NCBI GenBank assembly: GCA_964528925.1
Contig: CAZGVF010000005.1
Location: 1 to 33,039, forward strand
DNA: 33,039 nucleotides
From: an uncultured Paludibacteraceae bacterium
GTDB taxonomy: Bacteria > Bacteroidota > Bacteroidia > Bacteroidales > Paludibacteraceae
Direction of reading: 5' to 3'
Part shown: positions 5,101 through 12,626 of the stretch, in pieces
How positions within the stretch are numbered: the stretch's first letter is position 1
Layout of the letters: each line of letters opens with the position of its first letter
Notes under the pieces: generated by a model
The model's input: the letters and a program-made list of their open reading frames with translations, nothing else
Databases searched by the model: none
Told to the model about the DNA's origin: nothing
Program-made: the position numbers and the translations under genes

Positions 5101-8070
5101 ATGGACAACGCGCTAAATATCGGCAAACTCTATTTCAAGGATACTTCGTTTGCGCACCTGATGAACAGGCGCATCTACAATGTGCTGCTGGTGGCGAGCA
5201 ACTACGACGCTTTCACGCTGGAGGAAGATGGGCGAATCGACGAGCAGATTTTCGACGAATACCATGCGCTGAACTTGCGCTATCCGCCGCGTTTTACGCT
5301 GGCCAACAGTGCCGAGGCTGCCACGCGTTTGCTCCATCAGCGTTCGTTCGATCTGGTCATTTTGATGCCAAACAACGAGAGTTTCGACACGTTCGACTAT
5401 GCCAAAGAGGTGAAACGCCATTTTCCCGAGCTGCCCACGGTGCTGCTCACGCCATTTTCGCGGCAGATGTCGGAACTGCTCGAGCATAAGGACCTTGCCG
5501 CCATCGATTATGTGTTCAGTTGGCTCGGCAATAGCGATCTGCTGCTGGCCATCATCAAACTGCTCGAGGATTCGATGAATGTGGAGGCCGATGTGGCGTC
5601 GGTGGGCGTGCAGGTGATTTTGCTAGTCGAGGATTCGGTGCGGTTCTATTCGTCGCTGCTGCCACACCTATATAAAGTGGTGTTTCGCCAGTCGCTGTCG
5701 TTCATGACCGAGGCGCTCAACGAACACGAACAGATGTTGCGCATGCGCGGTCGACCCAAAGTGGTGCTGGCGCGCTCGTACGAGGAGGCGATGGCCATCT
5801 ACGAAAAATATCAGGCGAATATTCTTGGCGTCATTAGCGATGTCGATTTTCCGCGCGGTGGGCAGATGACCAAGCGCGCAGGCGTCGATCTTTGTCAGGA
5901 AATTCGCAAACACGACCCATTTTTGCCGATCATTCTGCAGTCGTCTGATGCCTCGAACTACCAATATGCCGAACTTTTGCGCGGTTCGTTCATCGACAAA
6001 AACAGCAAAACGCTCGATCTTGAACTGCGCGAAGCCATCATCACAAAATTTGGTTTTGGCGATTTCGTTTTTCGTGATCCAAAAACGGGGCAAACCGTGG
6101 CTGTGTGCCGCAATCTGAAAGATTTGCAGACGCTCATCTTCACAGTGCCGAGCGATTCGCTCTACAACCACATGATGCACAACGATGTGTCGCGTTGGCT
6201 CTATTCGCGCGCCATGTTCCCGCTGGCCGAATTTCTGAAACAACTCTCGATGGAGCATGTGCGCGATGTTGATGTGGCGCGGCAGATAATTTTCGACGCC
6301 ATTGTTGGCTACCGACGCATCAAAAACCGTGGCGTAATCGCTGTGTTTCAGCGCGATAGGTTCGATATGTACTCCAATTTTGCCCGCATTGGCGAAGGCT
6401 CGCTCGGCGGCAAAGCGCGCGGCTTGGCTTTTCTCGATGCCATGCTCAAACGCAACGAAAACGACACCGAATTTGCAGGAATGGACATCAACATTCCGCG
6501 CACGGTGGTGCTTTGTACCGACATTTTCGATGAGTTCATGACTTCGAACAACCTCTATCCGATTGCCCTGAGCGACGCTTCGGACGAGGAGATTCTGAAC
6601 GCTTTTTTGGAGGCAAAACTCACAAAACACCTGATGGGCGACCTCTACGCATTGCTCACCACCATCAAAGGACCAATCGCCATTCGCTCGTCGAGTCTGC
6701 TGGAAGACTCTCATTATCAGCCATTTGCTGGAGTTTATTCCACCTATATGGTGCCATTTTGCGAAAAGAGCAAGACCCACACGCTGATGATGGTTTGCGA
6801 AGCCATCAAGGCGGTATATGCTTCGGTCTACTACAAAGATAGCAAAGCCTACATGACTGCCACCAGCAATGTCATCGACCAAGAAAAGATGGCGGTGGTG
6901 CTGCAAGAGGTGGTCGGTACGAACCACGGCAGCCATTTTTATCCGTCGTTTTCGGGCGTGGCGCGGTCGCTCAATTTTTACCCAATAGGCAACGAGCGTG
7001 CCGAAGATGGCGTGGCGAACATCGCCCTTGGCCTGGGCAAATACATTGTCGATGGCGGCACAACGCTACGTTTCTCACCGTTGCATCCGCACAATGTGCT
7101 GCAAACCAGCACTTTAGACCTTGCGCTGCGCGAAACGCAAACCCGTTTCTACGCACTCGACATGAACGAAAGCACCTTCTTGCCAAAAGTGAACGATGGT
7201 TTTAACTTGCTGAAACTGAGCGTGAAAGATGCCGATGCCGACGGCGCGCTGCAATATATCGCCTCCACTTTCAATCCCTACGACCAAGCCATCTACGACA
7301 ATATCGAGGAAGATGGACGGCGTGTGATAACTTTTGCCAACATTTTGCAGCACGGCGTGGTGCCGCTTGCGCCTGCGCTCGATGCCATTCTGAAGATGGG
7401 CGAACGCGAAATGGGTCGTCCCGTGGAGATAGAGTTTGCTGCCAACATCGACGCGGCGGCGCGACACTGTCAATTCTATCTGCTGCAAATTCGTCCGATA
7501 GTCGACAACAAAGAGATGCTCGACGAGGATCTTTCGCAAGTGACTGAAGATGAGGCGCTTGTGATTGCTCGTCAGGCACTTGGGCATGGCATCACCAACG
7601 ATGTGAGCGACATTGTGTATGTGAAAACCGACAATTTTTCGCCGAGCAACAACCAACTCACCGCCTACGACATTGCCAAGATAAACGATGCGCTGATGGC
7701 CGAAAATCGCCATTACATTCTCATCGGACCGGGACGCTGGGGTTCGAGCGACGCGTGGCTGGGCATTCCCGTGAAATGGCCGCACATCTGCATGGCCAAA
7801 GTGATAGTGGAGTGCGGACTGCAAAACTACCGCATCGATCCGAGCCAAGGCACGCACTTTTTCCAAAATCTCACCTCGTTTGGCGTGGGCTATTTCACCA
7901 TCAATCCCTACCTTGGCGATGGTTACATCGACTACGCCATGCTCGATGCATTGCCAGCCCTGCACGAAACCGAATGGGTGCGCCATGTGCGGCTACCGCA
8001 GCCCACAACCATCAAAATTGATGGCAAAAAGAGCCTCGGAGTAGTGATCGTGGAAAAGAATAAGGAATAA
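5101..8070 (+). CDS. Response-regulator receiver (pseudo-REC + REC) fused to a PEP synthase/PPDK N-terminal ATP-grasp (PPDK_N-type) domain and an uncharacterised C-terminal domain
   Basis: 989 aa. REC-like 1 has degenerate acidic sites (LLVASNYD, DLVILMPN). REC 2 is canonical (ILLVEDS, ISDVDFP, PIILQSSD, FIDKNS). ATP-grasp motifs parallel PpsA/PPDK (SLGGKARGL, IAIRSSSLLEDS, MAVVLQEVV, IALGLGKYIVDG, VEIEFA, YLLQIRP). There is no GG-TSHAAI-type swivel-His motif and no PEP-binding TIM barrel. Confidence 0.85.
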   Translation: MDNALNIGKLYFKDTSFAHLMNRRIYNVLLVASNYDAFTLEEDGRIDEQIFDEYHALNLRYPPRFTLANSAEAATRLLHQRSFDLVILMPNNESFDTFDYAKEVKRHFPELPTVLLTPFSRQMSELLEHKDLAAIDYVFSWLGNSDLLLAIIKLLEDSMNVEADVASVGVQVILLVEDSVRFYSSLLPHLYKVVFRQSLSFMTEALNEHEQMLRMRGRPKVVLARSYEEAMAIYEKYQANILGVISDVDFPRGGQMTKRAGVDLCQEIRKHDPFLPIILQSSDASNYQYAELLRGSFIDKNSKTLDLELREAIITKFGFGDFVFRDPKTGQTVAVCRNLKDLQTLIFTVPSDSLYNHMMHNDVSRWLYSRAMFPLAEFLKQLSMEHVRDVDVARQIIFDAIVGYRRIKNRGVIAVFQRDRFDMYSNFARIGEGSLGGKARGLAFLDAMLKRNENDTEFAGMDINIPRTVVLCTDIFDEFMTSNNLYPIALSDASDEEILNAFLEAKLTKHLMGDLYALLTTIKGPIAIRSSSLLEDSHYQPFAGVYSTYMVPFCEKSKTHTLMMVCEAIKAVYASVYYKDSKAYMTATSNVIDQEKMAVVLQEVVGTNHGSHFYPSFSGVARSLNFYPIGNERAEDGVANIALGLGKYIVDGGTTLRFSPLHPHNVLQTSTLDLALRETQTRFYALDMNESTFLPKVNDGFNLLKLSVKDADADGALQYIASTFNPYDQAIYDNIEEDGRRVITFANILQHGVVPLAPALDAILKMGEREMGRPVEIEFAANIDAAARHCQFYLLQIRPIVDNKEMLDEDLSQVTEDEALVIARQALGHGITNDVSDIVYVKTDNFSPSNNQLTAYDIAKINDALMAENRHYILIGPGRWGSSDAWLGIPVKWPHICMAKVIVECGLQNYRIDPSQGTHFFQNLTSFGVGYFTINPYLGDGYIDYAMLDALPALHETEWVRHVRLPQPTTIKIDGKKSLGVVIVEKNKE

Positions 8071-8092
8071 AGACAAAAGAGTAAGGACAAAA
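8055..8092. repeat. Heptad-type array (rc of the ctttatt/ctttact family) spanning the stop codon at 8068-8070
   Basis: Read directly: aaagaataaggaataaagacaaaagagtaaggacaaaa. It forms an imperfect inverted repeat with 8121-8140. Confidence 0.8.
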
Positions 8093-8120
8093 AAAGGCAG
8101 TAGTAAAAACTCACCGCCCC

Positions 8121-8151
8121 GTCTTTATTCTTTGATCTTTACTTTTTACTC
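8121..8151. repeat. Heptad array ctttatt/ctttgat/ctttact/ttttact
   Basis: Read directly: gtctttattctttgatctttactttttactc. It is followed by A9. Confidence 0.8.
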
Positions 8152-8194
8152 AAAAAAAAATAATCGACAAAAAGTGAAAATTTATCGACAAAAA

Positions 8195-8226
8195 TTTGTT
8201 TGGTAAAAAAATAAATTGTAATTTTA
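8195..8226 (+). promoter_or_regulatory. Weak candidate promoter for the T9SS cargo gene
   Basis: TTTG at 8195-8198, then TAATTTTA (8219-8226, one mismatch to TAnnTTTG) 20 nt downstream. It is 45 nt upstream of the ATG at 8271. Confidence 0.3.
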
Positions 8227-8270
8227 CCGCGGAAAAACCTTTGAACCTTAACCACATAATTTTTTATACC

Positions 8271-9848
8271 ATGAAAAAAACATTACTCTTCTTGGCAGCG
8301 CTGGCTACTTTTGCCTCGGCTAATGCGCTGACCTATAGCGTTACCGTTCCTGATGGGACGAATGCCTGCTACATTGCTGGCGACATGACCTCGTGGACTT
8401 TTAAGCAAATGACCAAGGTCGACAATACGCACTACACGGTTACCATCGACGACGCTACTGCAACGCAAAAGTATAAATACTGCAGTGGTCCCGATTGGAC
8501 ATATGTGGAAAAAACGTCTGATGGAAGTGAAGTCCAAGATCGTACTTATTCTGAAAGTGATGTCGTTGCAAAATGGGCTAGTGTGTTTGAGTACGATGAA
8601 TCGGCACCCGTTACCTACAGTATCAAACACCCATGGAAAGATGGCGCAGACGGAAGTTGGTCGTACAAAGAACTGACCGCCAATGGCGATGGCACCTATT
8701 CTATTCGCGACATTTATGGTGGTAAGGGCTGTAATTGGAAATCGAATAAAAGTGGTGAAAATTGGATTGAGAGCCCAACCCTTGTCGGCGATCCAGCTGT
8801 CGGTGATTCTGCCATTTTCACGCTCACAAGTGTTGAAGGCAGTGGCGCAATTACCATCACCAAAATTGAAACTGCTTCGTCGGGCGACACTGGCGGTGAT
8901 ACGGGTGGCGACACTGGTGGTGACACAAGTGGAGATGTTACAAACGAAATCACCATTCGCGTGCAGATTCCTGAAGGATTGAGCGGTTGGGAATACACCG
9001 TTACTCCAAATCTTTACTATTGGACAACTGAAACAGATGGAAAATTTGCCGAAATGACCCTGAGCGAGGGCTGGTATTCTTACACCGTAAATGCGGCTAC
9101 AATCAACTTCATCGTTGTGAATGGCGCAGATTGGACTGCATTGAATGGTGATTCGCGCCGCCAAACGGTAAATGTAATGGGTGTAACGGTTAGCACTTGC
9201 TATATCATGGCAAATGGCGCTGAAATTGCCGGCGATGATGGTTCAAGTTGGAAAAAAACTATGACTGCTACCGATTGTAATGCTACTATCGATCCAGATC
9301 CTGATCCAGACCCTGATCCAGACCCAGATCCAACCGAGCCTACTACTACCGATTATTATCTGATTGGCTACATCAACGGCGCTGACTATGGTTGTGGCGA
9401 CACTGACTACGAAAATCTTGGCGACTACAAATTCGTCGATGGTCAAGTGAAGGCTACATTTACCGAGGTCTCGTATGTTTATGTAAAAACCGGCGACAAC
9501 AAAAATTGGTATCTCTCTGAAACTTATGTTGAACCAGCCGAAAGCGCAAGTACCAAATTGGTTCAAAATGCAACGGAAAAAGTTGGCGTGCCTGCAAATG
9601 TTGAAGTTACGTTCACTTTGGTAGAAAATGGCGATGGCACACTCACGCTTTCGTACACCACCGCTACCACAGCCCTCGAACAAGTGCTGGTTAGCGACAT
9701 CTACAGCGAAAATGGCTTCATTCTCGGTGCCGACAACATGCAGATTTTCACCGTTACGGGCATCGATGTTACCAACCTGAATGGCTCGCTGCACGGCGTT
9801 TACATCGTAAAAACAGCCAACACAGTGCAAAAAGTCGTTGTGAAATAA
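8271..9848 (+). CDS. T9SS-secreted multi-domain carbohydrate-binding (CBM-like) protein with no catalytic domain recognised
   Basis: The ORF-track start at 8196 is a TTG. The ATG at 8271 gives the signal peptide MKKTLLFLAALATFASANA. There are several beta-sandwich CBM-like modules, for example TYSVTVPDG..CYIAGDMTSW and a CBM25/26-like WYSYTV..INFIVVNG. The linkers are (GDTGG)3 and (DP)7. The C-terminal ...GVYIVKTANTVQKVVVK fits the T9SS sorting domain (TIGR04183 type). Confidence 0.85.
   Translation: MKKTLLFLAALATFASANALTYSVTVPDGTNACYIAGDMTSWTFKQMTKVDNTHYTVTIDDATATQKYKYCSGPDWTYVEKTSDGSEVQDRTYSESDVVAKWASVFEYDESAPVTYSIKHPWKDGADGSWSYKELTANGDGTYSIRDIYGGKGCNWKSNKSGENWIESPTLVGDPAVGDSAIFTLTSVEGSGAITITKIETASSGDTGGDTGGDTGGDTSGDVTNEITIRVQIPEGLSGWEYTVTPNLYYWTTETDGKFAEMTLSEGWYSYTVNAATINFIVVNGADWTALNGDSRRQTVNVMGVTVSTCYIMANGAEIAGDDGSSWKKTMTATDCNATIDPDPDPDPDPDPDPTEPTTTDYYLIGYINGADYGCGDTDYENLGDYKFVDGQVKATFTEVSYVYVKTGDNKNWYLSETYVEPAESASTKLVQNATEKVGVPANVEVTFTLVENGDGTLTLSYTTATTALEQVLVSDIYSENGFILGADNMQIFTVTGIDVTNLNGSLHGVYIVKTANTVQKVVVK
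8883..8936 (+). repeat. In-frame 15-nt tandem repeat encoding (GDTGG)3-GDTSGD linker
   Basis: Read directly: ggcgacactggcggt gatacgggtggc gacactggtggt gacacaagtgga gat. Confidence 0.85.
9291..9332 (+). repeat. In-frame 6-nt tandem repeat encoding the (DP)7 linker
   Basis: Read directly: gatcca gatcct gatcca gaccct gatcca gaccca gatcca. Confidence 0.9.
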
Positions 9849-9865
9849 TCGTTTAACAATTCTTG

Positions 9866-9906
9866 GAAAACGGTCTTCAGTCTCTGGAGATCGTTTTCTT
9901 TTTTTG
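9866..9906 (+). terminator. Rho-independent terminator after the T9SS cargo gene
   Basis: 15-bp stem gaaaacggtcttcag / ctggagatcgttttc (two G-U pairs) with loop tct, followed by T8 (9899-9906). It starts 18 nt after the stop. Confidence 0.85.
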
Positions 9907-9958
9907 AAAAAACAGAACCGCAGTCTCCATACCAATCGCACTCCCGCCGCACTTTATA

Positions 9959-9983
9959 GACTTTTCACTTTTCACTTTCACGC
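9959..9983. repeat. Heptad tandem array cttttca x3
   Basis: Read directly: gacttttcacttttcactttcacgc. It lies immediately upstream of the -7 box at 9993. Confidence 0.8.
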
Positions 9984-9992
9984 TAAAAATCG

Positions 9993-10000
9993 TATCTTTG
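9993..10000 (+). promoter_or_regulatory. Candidate -7 box (TATCTTTG) for the methyltransferase-speB unit
   Basis: Exact TAnnTTTG match 22 nt upstream of the ATG at 10022. Confidence 0.5.
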
Positions 10001-10021
10001 CACTTTCTTTCCAAAAAAAAT

Positions 10022-11575
10022 ATGATGGGCAACGAATTTAGAATGATAGCCAAGACTTTCAATGGTCTTGAAAATGTTTTGGCTGAGGAATTGGTGAAAC
10101 TTGGCGCCGACGATGTGCAAATCGATCGTCGTGCGGTGTCGTTTGTGGGCGATAAGGCGTTGATGTATCGCGCCAACCTTGCGCTGCGCACTGCTGTGCG
10201 TGTGCTGAAACCGATTCTCAACTTTACCGCCAAAAATGCCGACGAGGTTTACGACCAAGTGAAGACTATCGAATGGAACAAATTTCTCTCGGCTCAGCAG
10301 ACTTTTGCCATCGATGCCACGGTCTATTCCGAAGATTTTCGCAATTCGCAATTTGTGAAATATCGCGTGAAAGATGCCATCGCCGATTGGTTCATGGAGC
10401 ATGAAAATCGTCGCCCATCAATCCGCATCGATTCGCCTGATATTCAGCTGAATGTGCACATTTCGCACGATCAATGCACTGTTTCGCTCGATAGTAGCGG
10501 CGAGTCGCTGCACAAGCGCGGCTATCGCGATTCGCAGACCGAAGCGCCTATAAATGAGGCACTTGCGGCTGGACTTCTGCTCTTGGCTGGCTGGGACGGC
10601 AAGACCGATTTTGTCGATCCGATGTGCGGTTCTGGCACTTTTCTGATAGAGGCTGCTCTGATTGCGCTCAACATTCCGCCGTGCATCTATCGTCGCTCGT
10701 TTGCCTTCGAAAAATGGCCCGACTTCGATGCCGAACTTTTCGACACCATATATAATGATGACAGCGGCGAGCGCACTTTCGAGCATCGAATCGTTGGTTG
10801 CGACCTGTCGGCGCGCGCCCTGAAAATTGCCGAAATGAACATAAAAGCCGCTGGCTTGGCAAAATATATCACGCTCGAGCAGCGCGATGTGGCAAATTGG
10901 CAGCCGCAGTCGGAACCGTGCCTGCTGGTCACCAATCCGCCCTACGGCGAGCGCCTTGTTGATGATGATCTGCCGCAACTTTACGAAAATATTGGAAAAA
11001 CCTTGAAACGCTGTTTTGCTGGCAGCACGGCGTGGGTGCTTTCGTCGAACAACGAGTGCCTGCAGCGCATTGGCTTGCACGCTTCGGAGAAAAAAGAGGT
11101 GCTGAATGGCGCGCTCGAGTGCCAATTTTTGAAATACGAACTTTTCCATGGTCGACGCAACCAATTTTTGGCCGATCGCGGAGCAAAAAAAGATGGCGAA
11201 TCGCACGAAAATCGTCACGAAAAACCACGAAAATTGGAAAAATCGGGTGAAAAATCGGAAAAATTTGACCGCCGTCCGCGCAAATTCCATCACAACGATG
11301 ACGAGCGTCCGCGCAAATTTGCTGATAGAAAATCGGGTGAAAAACGTTTCGGCGAGAAGAAATTTGGAGATAAGAAATTCGGTGATAAAAAGTTTGGCGA
11401 CAGAAAATTTGGTGGCAAAAAGTTTGATGATCGTCGCGAAGATAGAAAATTTGGCGATAAACCGCATTTTGCTCATTCCGACGACCGCCGTCCGCGTCAT
11501 TTCGATGATGATCGCCATGAATTCAAAGGCGGTAAACGCTCGTTTAACGACAATCGTCACAATCGCAGAAAGTAA
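10022..11575 (+). CDS. THUMP-domain class I SAM-dependent RNA methyltransferase (RlmL N-terminal half / YpsC-like) with a ~135-aa K/R/D/G-rich repeat tail
   Basis: The ORF-track start at 9998 is a TTG that overlaps the -7 box, so the ATG at 10022 (MMGNEFRMIAKT) is preferred. It has a THUMP-type N-terminus, the SAM-binding site DPMCGSGTFLIEAA, and the catalytic motif LLVTNPPYGERL. From about 11175 onward it is a low-complexity tail (..GEKRFGEKKFGDKKFGDKKFGDRKFGGKKFDD..). Confidence 0.88.
   Translation: MMGNEFRMIAKTFNGLENVLAEELVKLGADDVQIDRRAVSFVGDKALMYRANLALRTAVRVLKPILNFTAKNADEVYDQVKTIEWNKFLSAQQTFAIDATVYSEDFRNSQFVKYRVKDAIADWFMEHENRRPSIRIDSPDIQLNVHISHDQCTVSLDSSGESLHKRGYRDSQTEAPINEALAAGLLLLAGWDGKTDFVDPMCGSGTFLIEAALIALNIPPCIYRRSFAFEKWPDFDAELFDTIYNDDSGERTFEHRIVGCDLSARALKIAEMNIKAAGLAKYITLEQRDVANWQPQSEPCLLVTNPPYGERLVDDDLPQLYENIGKTLKRCFAGSTAWVLSSNNECLQRIGLHASEKKEVLNGALECQFLKYELFHGRRNQFLADRGAKKDGESHENRHEKPRKLEKSGEKSEKFDRRPRKFHHNDDERPRKFADRKSGEKRFGEKKFGDKKFGDKKFGDRKFGGKKFDDRREDRKFGDKPHFAHSDDRRPRHFDDDRHEFKGGKRSFNDNRHNRRK
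11338..11460 (+). repeat. Degenerate 15-nt in-frame repeat encoding (K/R)KFG(D/E/G) pentapeptides
   Basis: Read directly at DNA and protein level: aaacgtttcggcgag aagaaatttggagat aagaaattcggtgat aaaaagtttggcgac agaaaatttggtggc aaaaagtttgatgat. Confidence 0.8.
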
Positions 11576-11589
11576 AAAATCGACTTTTT

Positions 11590-12444
11590 ATGGAAAATTT
11601 TGCAGGACTTTCATCGCCATTTTCTGATTACAAAACGGCAAAATTTGTGGTCGTACCAGTGCCTTACGATGCCACAAGCAGTTGGGTTCATGGTGCCGAG
11701 CGCGGACCAGAAAAATTGCTCGAGGCTTCGGTGCAACTCGAATGGTACGACACTGAAACAAAAACCGAGGTTTATCGCCACGGCATTCACACCGCTGCGC
11801 CCGTGGACGAACAGCGTTCGCCCGAACTGCTCTGCGATGCGGTGGAGCAGCGCATTGGCTCTCTTCTCGACGACGGAAAAATACCCGTAACCATTGGCGG
11901 AAACCACACCGTGAGCATTGGAGCAATTCGCGCTGCGGCCAAGCGTTCCCCGAATCTCACTGTGCTTCAACTCGATGCGCATAGCGACCTGCGCCGCTCG
12001 TACGAAGGCTCGCCGCTGAACCATGCCTGCGTGATGAATCAGGCGAAACAGGTGGCGCAAATCACGCAAGTGGGCATTCGCAGCCAGTGCATTGAGGAGA
12101 CCGACAATTTTGATCCGAACCGCATATTTTGGGCAAAAGATATCTATTTCGATCGCGACGCGGCGTGGGAGGAACGCGCCTACAGCACTTTGAACCAGAA
12201 TGTCTACCTCACCATCGACCTCGATGTGTTCGACACGGGGATTTTGGCTGCCACGGGCACTCCCGAGCCTGGCGGACTGCAGTATTTTCAGGTTTTGCAT
12301 TTTCTGCGCCCACTTTTCGAGCGTTTCAATGTGGTGGCGTTCGACATTGTGGAACTCTGTCCCAAACCAAACCTGCACGCCTCCGACTATCTTGCCGCCC
12401 GCTTGGCCTACCAGTTGATGACCTACAAGGCGATGTTTAATTGA
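11590..12444 (+). CDS. speB: Agmatinase (arginase/ureohydrolase family)
   Basis: 284 aa with Mn-binding family motifs GGNHTVS, QLDAHSDL, TIDLDVFD and DIVELCP. It starts 14 nt after the preceding gene. Confidence 0.85.
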   Translation: MENFAGLSSPFSDYKTAKFVVVPVPYDATSSWVHGAERGPEKLLEASVQLEWYDTETKTEVYRHGIHTAAPVDEQRSPELLCDAVEQRIGSLLDDGKIPVTIGGNHTVSIGAIRAAAKRSPNLTVLQLDAHSDLRRSYEGSPLNHACVMNQAKQVAQITQVGIRSQCIEETDNFDPNRIFWAKDIYFDRDAAWEERAYSTLNQNVYLTIDLDVFDTGILAATGTPEPGGLQYFQVLHFLRPLFERFNVVAFDIVELCPKPNLHASDYLAARLAYQLMTYKAMFN

Positions 12445-12473
12445 TAGTTGACAATTGACAATTGGTAATTATT
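12441..12473. repeat. Heptad tandem array gatagtt/gacaatt/gacaatt/ggtaatt, starting at the speB stop codon
   Basis: Read directly: ttgatagttgacaattgacaattggtaattatt. Confidence 0.85.
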
Positions 12474-12477
12474 TCGC

Positions 12478-12510
12478 CCCAATCTTCAAATTTTCAAATC
12501 TTCAAATAGA
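12478..12510. repeat. Octad tandem array caatcttc/aaattttc/aaatcttc/aaatagac
   Basis: Read directly. Same unit family as 14626-14666. Confidence 0.8.
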
Positions 12511-12515
12511 CAACT

Positions 12516-12575
12516 CGAAACAGCGCGAAGCGCGAAACTATTCGAAACCAAGAAACTTATAAACAAGAAACTCAG
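12516..12575. repeat. Degenerate array of (c/a)gaaac units: cgaaaca gcgcgaa gcgcgaaac tattcgaaacc aagaaactt ataaac aagaaactcag
   Basis: Read directly. It merges into the 5' arm of the hairpin at 12568. Confidence 0.6.
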
Positions 12576-12611
12576 CCCGCCCATTAGAGCGAACTGAGTT
12601 TTTCTTGTTTT
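12568..12611. terminator. Candidate bidirectional terminator between convergent speB and gdhA
   Basis: 8-bp stem aaactcag / ctgagttt (12568-12575 / 12594-12601) with an 18-nt loop and a T-rich tail (tttcttgtttt). The minus strand also reads a T-rich tail. Confidence 0.45.
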
Positions 12612-12626
12612 GTAATGATCTGGTTA

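Noticed and set aside
4868-5116. Small ORFs confined to spacers: 4868-5116 (82 aa), 12538-12738 (66 aa), 1447-1689, 1532-1747, 7932-8114 and 19505-19816.
   Set aside because: They are translated largely from tandem arrays or hairpins, giving low-complexity products. They overlap promoters, terminators or neighbouring genes, and show no recognisable family features.
5101-8070. Annotation as a bona fide phosphoenolpyruvate synthase or pyruvate phosphate dikinase.
   Set aside because: Only the N-terminal ATP-grasp of that family is recognisable. The phospho-histidine swivel motif and the PEP/pyruvate TIM-barrel are not visible, and two receiver domains precede the ATP-grasp. A generic architecture call was kept instead.
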